Part shown: positions 45,584 to 56,021 of the stretch, piece by piece
How the letters are laid out: each line of letters opens with the position of its first letter
Numbering within the stretch: position 1 is the first letter of the stretch
Source: an uncultured Alphaproteobacteria bacterium
Lineage (GTDB): Bacteria; Pseudomonadota; Alphaproteobacteria; UBA2966; CAIVPW01
Reading direction: 5' to 3'
DNA length: 64,000 nucleotides
Assembly: GCA_903907895.1 (NCBI GenBank)
Contig: CAIVPW010000058.1
Location: forward strand, 2,393-66,392
The notes under the pieces: model-generated
Told to the model about the DNA's origin: nothing
The model's input: only the letters and a program-made list of their open reading frames with translations
Database searches by the model: none
Program-made: the position numbers and the translations under genes

Positions 45584-46321
45584 GTGCCCGTGATGAGCCT
45601 TGCCCACCGCCTGGAACACCTGAAGGCCCAAGTCCGGGCCATCGAGGTGCCAAAGCTCCACCCGGCCGTCTCTCTTGGCGACAGGGCATTGGATGAAGCG
45701 TTGCCCTGGGGTGGGTTGCCGGTTGCTTGCCAGCACGAGATCGCCGGCCTTCCCGGCGACCGCGGCGGAGCATTCGGGTTTGCGCTCGGGCTGCTGGTTC
45801 GCCTTGGCGGCACGGCGCCGATCCTGTGGTGCCAGCGTGCCGATGCGAGCGGCGAGACCGGTTCTTTGTATGCGCCGGGTTTGGCCGGCTTTGGTCTCGC
45901 TGCCGGGCGCGTGCTCGTGGTGCGGGCGCAGAACACGGCCCAGGTGCTTTGGGCCATGGAAGAAGGCCTGCGCAGCAGCGGTCTCGCTGCTGTCGTAGGC
46001 GAAGTGGATGCGGTGGGCTTTGCCGAAAGTCGTCGGCTGCAGCTCGCCGCGGAGGCTGGGGGCGTCACCGCGTTGACGATCGTTCCGCACCAGACCGCCA
46101 TCTCTGGTGCGGTAACACGGTGGTCGGTTGCTTCCTCTGGGAGGAGGGAAGCCGACCGCTGGGAGTGGGCACCTCGCTGGCACGTCGCTTTGACGCGTGC
46201 CCGCGGTGGCGCCCCAGCTGCTTGGGAAGTGGAGTGGAACCGTGCGCAGAGTCATTTCTCTGTGGCTGCCGGCGTTTTCGACCGATCGGCTCAGCCGCAG
46301 CCAGCGCAAATGGCGGGTTAA
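45584..46321 (+). CDS. imuA: ImuA-like SOS mutagenesis protein (RecA-fold)
   Basis: First gene of the cassette preceding imuB and dnaE2. Sequence features MSLAHRLEHLKAQ...LPWGGLPVACQHEIAG, characteristic of ImuA. Start is either GTG 45584 or ATG 45593. Confidence 0.75.
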   Translation: MPVMSLAHRLEHLKAQVRAIEVPKLHPAVSLGDRALDEALPWGGLPVACQHEIAGLPGDRGGAFGFALGLLVRLGGTAPILWCQRADASGETGSLYAPGLAGFGLAAGRVLVVRAQNTAQVLWAMEEGLRSSGLAAVVGEVDAVGFAESRRLQLAAEAGGVTALTIVPHQTAISGAVTRWSVASSGRREADRWEWAPRWHVALTRARGGAPAAWEVEWNRAQSHFSVAAGVFDRSAQPQPAQMAG

Positions 46322-47810
46322 GCCCTTCGCCACCGTGGCCGCCAGTGCAGGCGGCCTGCGCATCGCAGCAATGAACACCCATGCCGCCGACGGTGGGGTG
46401 CATCCGGGCATGCCCCTTGCCGATGCGCGCGCGTTGTCGCCGGCACTGGAAGTGGCCGCAGCAGATCCTGCCGGCGACGCCGAGACCCTGACCAAGCTCG
46501 CAGCCTGGTGCGGCAGCTTCAGTCCATGGACGGCGCCTGACTCCGCCGGCGCAGCGGAAGGCGCCGGCATCTGGCTCGATGCGACAGGCTGCGCGCATCT
46601 GTTCGGCGGTGAAACCGAACTGCTGCAGGAGCTGCTTGCCCGTGTCGAGCGCATGGGATTTGCCGCGCGCGCCGCCATCGCCGACAGCGCCGGAGCTGCC
46701 TGGGCCATGGTGCGCTTTGCTCCCGGCGGCCGCGCCATCGTCGCTCCGGCGGCGGGTGCGCGCGAGGCGCTCGCCGAACTGCCCGTGGCGGGATTGCGTC
46801 TTGCCCCCGGCACGATCGATGGCTTGGCGACGCTCGGCTTGCGCCGTATCGGCGATTTGTACGAGGTCGCGCGGGCGCCCTTGGTGGCGCGTTTCGGCAA
46901 ACAACTGGCGGAACGCCTCGACCGTGCCCTTGGCGTTGCAAGCGAACCGCTGTCGCCGCTCCTGCACGAAGTTCCTTACCGCGAGCGCCTCGGCCTCGCC
47001 GAGCCGATCGGCACGCGGCCGGATATCGATGCGGCTCTCACCCATTTGCTGGAGGCGTTGTGCACGCGTCTTGCACGAGAGCATCGCGGTGCGCGGCGGC
47101 TGGAGTTCGCACTGTTCCGCGTCGATGGTTCGGTAGCACGGGTGCATATCGGCACCAGCCGGCCGGTGCGCGAGCCCCGGCACTTGCAGCGCCTGTTTGC
47201 CGAGCATCTCGATCAGCTCGATCTCGGCGAGGGGATCGAGGTGCTGACGCTGGCCGCGCCGGTCGTGGAAGAATTGGCAACCGCACAGCTCGACATGACG
47301 GCGCAAGCCTCGGCCGTGGCTGCAGCAAGCGTCGCCGACCTGGTCGATCGCCTCGCCAACCGGCTCGGTAATGAGGCCGTGGTGCGCGTAGTGGAAAGGC
47401 CGAGCCACATTCCTGAACGTGCGGGCGCTGCAATCCCCGCTGCGCAGAACGCCAAGTTCGAAGTCGTCGAGCCGCCGCCCGGCCGGGGCGAGCGTCCTTT
47501 GCGCTTGTTTCCCAACCCGCTGCCGGTGGAGGCCGTGGCGCCCGTGCCGGATGGTCCGCCCGTGCTGTTCCGCTGGCGTCGTGTCGTGCATCGCATCGCC
47601 CGTGCCGAAGGCCCGGAGCGTATCGCCCCCGAATGGTGGCGCTCGTCGTTGCCTTGGACGACAGCATGGGAGGAAACCACGCGCGACTATTATCGCGTCG
47701 AGGACGACAAAGGCCGCCGCTTCTGGCTGTACCGCGAGGGCCTATACCCGCTGAACGGCGGTGTGGGCACCACTACGCCACGCTGGTTCATGCACGGCTT
47801 GTTTGCCTAG
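46242..47810 (+). CDS. imuB: ImuB, Y-family DNA polymerase-like protein of the mutagenesis cassette
   Basis: Conserved ImuB N-terminus RRVISLWLPAFSTDR at the proposed GTG start, with a UmuC-like fold. Overlaps the imuA 3' end by about 80 bp. Confidence 0.8.
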   Translation: MRRVISLWLPAFSTDRLSRSQRKWRVKPFATVAASAGGLRIAAMNTHAADGGVHPGMPLADARALSPALEVAAADPAGDAETLTKLAAWCGSFSPWTAPDSAGAAEGAGIWLDATGCAHLFGGETELLQELLARVERMGFAARAAIADSAGAAWAMVRFAPGGRAIVAPAAGAREALAELPVAGLRLAPGTIDGLATLGLRRIGDLYEVARAPLVARFGKQLAERLDRALGVASEPLSPLLHEVPYRERLGLAEPIGTRPDIDAALTHLLEALCTRLAREHRGARRLEFALFRVDGSVARVHIGTSRPVREPRHLQRLFAEHLDQLDLGEGIEVLTLAAPVVEELATAQLDMTAQASAVAAASVADLVDRLANRLGNEAVVRVVERPSHIPERAGAAIPAAQNAKFEVVEPPPGRGERPLRLFPNPLPVEAVAPVPDGPPVLFRWRRVVHRIARAEGPERIAPEWWRSSLPWTTAWEETTRDYYRVEDDKGRRFWLYREGLYPLNGGVGTTTPRWFMHGLFA

Positions 47811-47819
47811 GAGGCCGCA

Positions 47820-50800
47820 ATGAGCGTGCCGGCCTACGCCGAGCTGCAGGTTGCCTCGAACTTCTCCTTCCTGCGCGGCGCGTCGCACCCCGAGGAAATG
47901 GTGGCTGCCGCTGCTGCGCTCGGACACGCAGCCGTTGCCATCACCGACCGCAACACCTTGGCCGGTGTCGTGCGCGCGCACGGGCAGGCCAAGGTGTCCG
48001 GCATCAAGCTGCTGGTCGGCGCCCGCCTCGATGTCGAGGACGGCCCGAGCCTTCTGTGCTTTCCGCGCACGCGCAAAGCCTATGGGCAGCTTTGCCGTCT
48101 GCTAACGCTGGGACAGCGGCGCGCCGTCAAAGGCTCTTGCTCGTTGTTTCTCGACGATGTCTTCGGCCCCGAGAACAACGGTGCTGCCGAGCAGGTTCTG
48201 ATCGTGCTGGCACCGGAGACGTCGCTCGATGATTTCGAGGACGTGCTGCAGGGCATCCGCAAGCGTATGCCGCAGCACCTGTATCTTGCGGTGCATCGCC
48301 TGTATCGCGGCGACGATGCCCGCCGCCTGCGGGATCTCGCTCGCATTGGCCAGGGCTGCGGTGTTCCGCTCGTTGCCACCAACGACGTGCATGCCCATGA
48401 GGCGGCGCGGCGGCCCTTGCAGGACGTGCTGTGGTGCATTCGCGAGCATTGCACGGTGGACCAGGCAGGGCTCCGCCTGCTGGCCAATGCCGAGCGTCAT
48501 CTGAAGCCTGCGGCCGAAATGCTGCGCCTGTTCGAGGGGTATGAGGAGGCCGTGGCCCGCACGGTGGAAGTGGCGAACCTCATCCGCTTCTCGCTGGAGG
48601 AGCTGCGCTACGAGTATCCCATCGACGGCGTGCCGGCCGGCGAAACCCCGCAATCGATGTTGGAGAAGCTAGCTTGGGAAGGCGCGCGCCGCCGCTATGG
48701 CAATGATTTGCCACAGAAGGTGTGCGACCTGCTCAACCACGAGCTTACCTTGGTCGGCAAGCTGCAGTACGCGCCATACTTCCTGACGGTGCATGACATC
48801 GTTCAGTTCGCGCGCAGCCAGGCAATTCTATGCCAGGGGCGCGGCTCGGCGGCGAACTCGGTGATTTGCTACAGCATGGGCATCACCGAAGTCGACCCGG
48901 CCGCCGGCGACCTGCTGTTCGAGCGCTTCGTCTCGCCGGAGCGGGGCGAGCCGCCCGACATCGACGTCGACTTCGAGCACGAACGGCGCGAAGAGGTGAT
49001 CCAGTACATTTACAGGAAGTACGGCCGCCACCGCGCCGGCATGACCGCCACCGTCATTCGCTACCGTACGCGCAGCGCCATGCGCGAGGTGGCTAAGGCG
49101 CTTGGCCTGTCCCAGGATGTTGCCGGTGCGCTTGTCGGCATGGTGTGGGGGCAGGATCGCGTCGGGCCTAGGGAAGCGCGCGAGACCGGTCTCGATCCGA
49201 GCGAGCCACGGCTTGCCCAGGCATTGGACATGGCGCGCACGCTATACGGCTTTCCGCGCCACTTGTCGCAGCACGTCGGTGGCTTCGTGCTTACGGCGGG
49301 CCCGTTGTGCGAGGTGGTGCCGATCGCCAACGCGGCCATGGATGACCGCACGATGGTTGAATGGGACAAGGACGACCTCGACGCGCTCGGCATCCTCAAG
49401 GTCGATGTGCTCGGCCTCGGCATGCTGACGTGCATCCGCAAGGCATTTGCGCTGATCCAGCAGCACTATGGCAGAACGTGCACCATCGCCACCACGCCGC
49501 CTGACGATCAAGCCGTCTACGGCATGTTGTCGAGAGCCGACTCGATCGGCGTGTTCCAGGTCGAGAGCCGTGCGCAGATGAGCATGTTGCCCAGGCTCCA
49601 GCCCAAGAAGTTCTACGACCTCGTTATCGAAGTGGCCATCGTGCGTCCCGGCCCCATTCAGGGGGACATGGTGCATCCATATTTGCGCCGGCGCCAAGGC
49701 ATCGAGAAGGTCGAGTATCCATCCGAAGCTTTGCGCGAGGTGCTGGGCAAGACACTCGGCGTGCCTTTGTTCCAGGAGCAGGCGATGCGCATCGCCATCG
49801 TCGCGGCGGGGTTCAGTGCAGTCGAGGCCGACCGCTTGCGCCGCGCCATGGCCGCCTTCCGGCGCAGCGGCGCCATCGATCAGTTCCGCGACAAGTTCCT
49901 GGCTGGCATGCATAAGAACGGCTACGCGCCGGAGTTCGCCGAGCGCTGCTTCCAGCAGCTGCAGGGCTTCGGCGAGTACGGCTTTCCCGAGTCGCACGCC
50001 GCGAGCTTTGCGCTGCTCGTGTACGTCTCGGCGTGGCTCAAGCACTACTATCCGGCGGTGTTCGCCTGCGCACTCTTGAATGCGCAGCCCATGGGCTTCT
50101 ATGCCCCTGCGCAGATCGTGCGCGATTTGCGCGATCACCAAGGCCGCGTGCTGCCGGTGGACATCAACTACAGCCATTGTGACTGCACGCTGGAGCCCGA
50201 TGCGGATGGCACGCTTGCGCTGCGCCTGGGATTCCGTCAGGTGGACGGCCTGCGCGAGGCGGAAGTGAAGAAGCTCGTCGATGCGCGCGGCAAGTGCTAC
50301 GCCGATGCGGCCGACTTGTGGCGTCGCGCGCGCGTCCTCCCGCAGACACTGGAGAAGCTCGCGGAGGCCGATGCCTTCGGCTCGGTCGGAATGTCGCGCC
50401 GCCAAGCCTTGTGGGCGGTGCGCCCGCTCGGCAAAGAATTGCTGCCGCTGTTTGCGGCGGCCGAGGCGGAGCCGGCCCAGGAACCCGCGCCGGAGTTCAT
50501 CGAGCCCCGGGTGCAGTTGCCGGTGGCCGGCCTCGGCGAGGAGGTGATCCGCGACTACCGCACCGTGCGCCTGTCGCTGAAGGAGCATCCCATGGCGCTG
50601 CTGCGGCCGCGGCTCAAAGGCTCGGTACCGGCTGCCGCGCTCTCGACGTTGGAGACCGATTCCTGGGTGACGGTGGCAGGCGTGGTGACATGTCGCCAGC
50701 GTCCCGGCACGGCGAGCGGCGTCATTTTCATGACGCTCGAGGACGAGAGCGGCTTCGCCAATATCATCGTGTGGCCGAAGATCTTCGATCTCTTCCGTAA

Positions 50801-51002
50801 GGCGGTGCTGGGCGGCCGCGTCGTCGCCGTGACCGGCCGCATGCAGAAAGAAGGCATCGTCATCCACGTGGTGGCGAACCGCGTCCAGGACCTGTCGCAC
50901 CGCCTGAGCGAGCTCAAGGACCCGCTGCCGCCGCTAGCGCCGGGATTCACCGCGACCGCAACCTCCCTGGAATCGGGCTTTGCCTCGCGCGATTTCCATT
51001 AG
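47820..51002 (+). CDS. dnaE2: error-prone DNA polymerase (DnaE2)
   Basis: 1060 aa. PHP domain N-terminus (ELQVASNFSFLRGASHPEEMV), polymerase III alpha core motifs, and cassette context after imuA-imuB. Confidence 0.95.
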   Translation: MSVPAYAELQVASNFSFLRGASHPEEMVAAAAALGHAAVAITDRNTLAGVVRAHGQAKVSGIKLLVGARLDVEDGPSLLCFPRTRKAYGQLCRLLTLGQRRAVKGSCSLFLDDVFGPENNGAAEQVLIVLAPETSLDDFEDVLQGIRKRMPQHLYLAVHRLYRGDDARRLRDLARIGQGCGVPLVATNDVHAHEAARRPLQDVLWCIREHCTVDQAGLRLLANAERHLKPAAEMLRLFEGYEEAVARTVEVANLIRFSLEELRYEYPIDGVPAGETPQSMLEKLAWEGARRRYGNDLPQKVCDLLNHELTLVGKLQYAPYFLTVHDIVQFARSQAILCQGRGSAANSVICYSMGITEVDPAAGDLLFERFVSPERGEPPDIDVDFEHERREEVIQYIYRKYGRHRAGMTATVIRYRTRSAMREVAKALGLSQDVAGALVGMVWGQDRVGPREARETGLDPSEPRLAQALDMARTLYGFPRHLSQHVGGFVLTAGPLCEVVPIANAAMDDRTMVEWDKDDLDALGILKVDVLGLGMLTCIRKAFALIQQHYGRTCTIATTPPDDQAVYGMLSRADSIGVFQVESRAQMSMLPRLQPKKFYDLVIEVAIVRPGPIQGDMVHPYLRRRQGIEKVEYPSEALREVLGKTLGVPLFQEQAMRIAIVAAGFSAVEADRLRRAMAAFRRSGAIDQFRDKFLAGMHKNGYAPEFAERCFQQLQGFGEYGFPESHAASFALLVYVSAWLKHYYPAVFACALLNAQPMGFYAPAQIVRDLRDHQGRVLPVDINYSHCDCTLEPDADGTLALRLGFRQVDGLREAEVKKLVDARGKCYADAADLWRRARVLPQTLEKLAEADAFGSVGMSRRQALWAVRPLGKELLPLFAAAEAEPAQEPAPEFIEPRVQLPVAGLGEEVIRDYRTVRLSLKEHPMALLRPRLKGSVPAAALSTLETDSWVTVAGVVTCRQRPGTASGVIFMTLEDESGFANIIVWPKIFDLFRKAVLGGRVVAVTGRMQKEGIVIHVVANRVQDLSHRLSELKDPLPPLAPGFTATATSLESGFASRDFH

Positions 51003-51469
51003 GTGCCGTCCGTTGAAGGGGACGCGCGGCCGCTTTCCGATCCGGTTGCTTACCTCGGTGCTGCCGGGAAGGGCCCCGCCACCGCGCATACGCGCACGGT
51101 CTTGTCGTGCACCGACTCCACCGTGAGCAACCCGCCGCCGGTGGCTGTGTCGCTGACCAAGTTCACCAGGATGAAGTCTCCGGCGCGCAGCATGTCGGCG
51201 CTGGCGTCGAAGTACTTTGGGGCGACGATGTCCGCCGCCGAATCGCGGCTGCGGAAGTGCCAAAGCGTCGCCCCGTTGGCGTAACCGAGCGGGTCACGAC
51301 CGCGGCGCAGAACATCGCCAGCCTGATGGCGGCGCTGCCGGAAGAGCTGTGGTGGGTGTTTGGTGTGGGCTATCTCGGCTACACCGGCGCCCGCAGCTTC
51401 GACAAACGGCGCCGCGTCACCCGCTGAGGGCTCCGCCGCCGGTAGGGCGCAGATGGTAGGGGAGGGCGG

Positions 51470-51544
51470 TGGTGGGGCTGCCTGGGATCGAACCAGGGAC
51501 TTCTCGCATGTGAAACGAGCGCTCTACCGCTGAGCTACAACCCC
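51470..51544 (-). tRNA. tRNA-Val (anticodon CAC)
   Basis: Reverse complement: GGGGTTGTAGCTCAGCGGTAGAGCGCTCGTTTCACATGCGAGAAGTCCCTGGTTCGATCCCAGGCAGCCCCACCA. Anticodon loop TTCACAT, T-loop GGTTCGATCC and an encoded CCA. Confidence 0.8.
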
Positions 51545-51657
51545 ATGCCGCGGCGGCCCGGAGAGTCGGTTGCCGACCGTTGAATGTCAAGAAAGCCGCG
51601 CTGCGGGCTCTGCGCCAAATTGCCAGGCCCATCGCCAGGCCCAAGGCGGCCGCCCGC

Positions 51658-52341
51658 CTAGTGCGTCGGCGGCGCCAGCTTCTCGTTCAGTTGGGAAAAG
51701 CCGCGGATCACCATGTCGGCGCCCAAGTCCTTCACCGGAATCTCGGTATAGCCGCCTTCCACCAGGATCACCGGCAGTCCGGCGGCGCGGGCCAGCTTCA
51801 CGTCGGTCTCGCTGTCGCCCACCAGCACGGCGGCCTCGGGCGCAAAGCCGCCCAGCTTCTTCAGCACCTCGCGCGCCATCTGCGGGTGCGGCTTTTTTAC
51901 GGGCAGGCTGTCGCCGCCCACCACCACCGCCAGGTACTTATCCAGACCGAGCGCAGCCAGCAGCTTCTTCGATGCTGCGGTGGGCTTGTTGGTGCAGACG
52001 CCCATCTTGGTGCCGCGCTGGGACAGGCCGCGCAGCGCCTCCAGCACGCCGGGGTACGGCTTGCTCTTGTCGGCGACGTGCTCCTCGTAGTCGGTGCGGG
52101 CGTTCTTCACGATCTCGTCGTACTGAACCTGGGGGATCGGGCCGCCGGTGGCCTCGAGTCCCTTCATCACCAGGTTGGGCAGGCCGCCGCCAATCATGCC
52201 CCGCACCTGCTGGACCGTAACGGGGGGGCGGCCGACGCTCTTGAGAGCGCGGTTGAGCGCCCCACACAGGTCCTCGGCGGTATCTACCAGGGTGCCGTCT
52301 AGGTCGAACAAAATGGCGTCACCAGGGAATCGCACGGGCAA
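51658..52341 (-). CDS. gph: phosphoglycolate phosphatase (HAD superfamily)
   Basis: DAILFDLDGTLVDT HAD motif I, then GVCTNKP and VGDSETDV motifs. 227 aa. Confidence 0.8.
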   Translation of the reverse strand: MPVRFPGDAILFDLDGTLVDTAEDLCGALNRALKSVGRPPVTVQQVRGMIGGGLPNLVMKGLEATGGPIPQVQYDEIVKNARTDYEEHVADKSKPYPGVLEALRGLSQRGTKMGVCTNKPTAASKKLLAALGLDKYLAVVVGGDSLPVKKPHPQMAREVLKKLGGFAPEAAVLVGDSETDVKLARAAGLPVILVEGGYTEIPVKDLGADMVIRGFSQLNEKLAPPTH

Positions 52342-52441
52342 ACCTCGTGGTAAAACCTGACTTGGCGGGGGCCGACGCGTGTGGCACGGTCGCCATCACC
52401 GCCTTCCCCTCAGCGATGGTGGTATAGACAGCCCCGCCCGG

Positions 52442-53824
52442 ATGACCAAGCGAAAAACGTCTGAAAATCGGGCCTTTGCCGCCATCGTTCTGGCAGCAGG
52501 CCGTAGCACGCGTATGCAGTCCGACCTGCCCAAGGTCCTGCACAAAGTCGCTGGCCGCACCATCCTCGGCCATCTCGTGGACAACCTCGCCCGCCTCGAG
52601 CCGGCGCGCACCTACGTCGTGGTGTCGCCCGATGGGGAGGCGGTCGCCCACGCGGCGCCGGGCGCTACGCCCATCGTGCAGACCGAGGCCCGCGGCACGG
52701 GCGATGCGGTGCTGCGCGCCCGGGAATCGCTCGCCGACTTCGACGGCGACGTGCTCGTACTCTACGGCGACTCGCCGTTCCTCAAGGCCGACACCATGCA
52801 GGCGATGCTCGCCGAACTGCGCAGCGCCGCCGAACCCGCGGTCGTCGTGCTCGGCTTCGAAGCACCCCTGCCGCACGAGTACGGCCGCCTGGTGCTGGAC
52901 GCGCAGGGTCGCCTGACGCGTATCGTCGCCGCGCGCGACGCCAACGCCGAAGAGAAACGCATCACGCTTTGCAACTCCGGCATGATGGCCGGCGACCGCG
53001 CAACGCTGTTTGACCTTCTTTCCCAAGTGGGCACCGACAATGCCCAGGGCGAGGTCTACCTCACCGACGTGGTCGAGATCGGCGCCAAGAAGGGCCGGCC
53101 CAGCGCCGTGATCCGCGGCGACATCACCGAGATGCTCGGCGTCAACAACCGCGCCGAGCTCGCGGTGGCCGAAGGCGTCATGCAGGACCAGCTGCGCGCC
53201 ACGGCAATGGCGGGCGGCGCCACGCTGATCGATCCGAAGACCGTCTATTTCTCGTTCGACACGCGCATTGGCCGCGACGTCGTGATCGAGCCCAATGTGG
53301 TGTTCGGCAAGGGCGTGACGATCGCATCGGGCGTCACGATCAAGGCGTTCTCGCACATCGAGGGCGCGTCGATCGCCACGGGCGCAAGCGTCGGTCCGTT
53401 TGCCCGCTTGCGGCCAGGCACACGCTTGGAGGCCGGGGCCCGCATCGGCAACTTCGTCGAGGTGAAGAACTCGGTGATCGGCCCGGGCGCCAAGGCCAAT
53501 CACCTGAGCTACCTCGGCGATGCTACGGTAGGCGAGCGCGCCAACGTCGGCGCGGGCTCCATTACCTGCAACTACGACGGTTACCAGAAGGCGCACACGA
53601 CCATCGGCGCGCACGCATTCGTGGGCTCCAACAGCGCCCTGGTGGCGCCGGTGAATGTCGGCGAAGGTGCGGTCATCGGCGCCGGCAGCGTGATCACCCG
53701 CGACGTGAAGCCGGGCGCGCTGGCGATCACGCGCGCCAACCAGCAGCAGATCGACGGCTGGGCCGACGAACGCCGCAAGATGCGCGCCAGGGACGACGAA
53801 GAGAAAGCCAAAGAGGACCATTAG
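52442..53824 (+). CDS. glmU: bifunctional UDP-N-acetylglucosamine diphosphorylase / glucosamine-1-phosphate N-acetyltransferase
   Basis: N-terminal nucleotidyltransferase (AIVLAAGRSTRMQSDLPKVLH) and C-terminal left-handed beta-helix hexapeptide repeats. Start is at the internal ATG after the ORF-track extension. Confidence 0.9.
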   Translation: MTKRKTSENRAFAAIVLAAGRSTRMQSDLPKVLHKVAGRTILGHLVDNLARLEPARTYVVVSPDGEAVAHAAPGATPIVQTEARGTGDAVLRARESLADFDGDVLVLYGDSPFLKADTMQAMLAELRSAAEPAVVVLGFEAPLPHEYGRLVLDAQGRLTRIVAARDANAEEKRITLCNSGMMAGDRATLFDLLSQVGTDNAQGEVYLTDVVEIGAKKGRPSAVIRGDITEMLGVNNRAELAVAEGVMQDQLRATAMAGGATLIDPKTVYFSFDTRIGRDVVIEPNVVFGKGVTIASGVTIKAFSHIEGASIATGASVGPFARLRPGTRLEAGARIGNFVEVKNSVIGPGAKANHLSYLGDATVGERANVGAGSITCNYDGYQKAHTTIGAHAFVGSNSALVAPVNVGEGAVIGAGSVITRDVKPGALAITRANQQQIDGWADERRKMRARDDEEKAKEDH

Positions 53825-53826
53825 GC

Positions 53827-55650
<1,824 letters not shown>

Positions 55651-55677
55651 GCGCGGGCCGCTTAGGCGGCCGCGTCT

Positions 55678-55893
55678 CTACCTGCCAACGCCGATGCCAA
55701 GTCCGAAGGTGACGCCTGGGGTCGCCCGCGTGGGCTTGTCCAGCTCCAGCATGCAGTTGGCGAACGCGTCGGTGCCGCGCTGGAAGCCGTACCGCTCGCA
55801 TTGAGCCATCTGCGTTGCCTGGCGCTCCTCTGCGCTCTGACAGGCGGTCAGGGTGGCGGCGGCGAGGCAGATCATCAGCGTCTTTGGCCACAT
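55678..55893 (-). CDS. hypothetical small lipoprotein (71 aa)
   Basis: MWPKTLMICLAAATLTAC signal peptide with a lipobox. GAGGA 9 nt upstream of the ATG. Five Cys residues in the mature part. No family recognised. Confidence 0.4.
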   Translation of the reverse strand: MWPKTLMICLAAATLTACQSAEERQATQMAQCERYGFQRGTDAFANCMLELDKPTRATPGVTFGLGIGVGR

Positions 55894-56021
55894 CTCGGGC
55901 AATCCTCGTCAGGAGCCTATCGCGCCAGGATGGCGCATTCCTCTCCCCGGACAACGCTTCGTTTGCCTGAGGTGCAGGGCAAAAGTGTAGCGTAGACGCC
56001 CGATTCAAACCGGAGGCGCCA

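Noticed and set aside
51107-51427. ORF 51107..51427(+) and ORF 50934..51263(-) in the dnaE2 to tRNA-Val spacer.
   Set aside because: They mutually overlap and have no recognisable domain, no RBS and no conserved start. The region is kept only as a finding for checking, not as a called gene.
55651-55690. Possible intrinsic terminator after glmS (GGCCGC-TTAG-GCGGCC).
   Set aside because: The stem is only 6 bp, no U-tract follows, and it overlaps the 3' end of the convergent small lipoprotein ORF. It is too weak to call.
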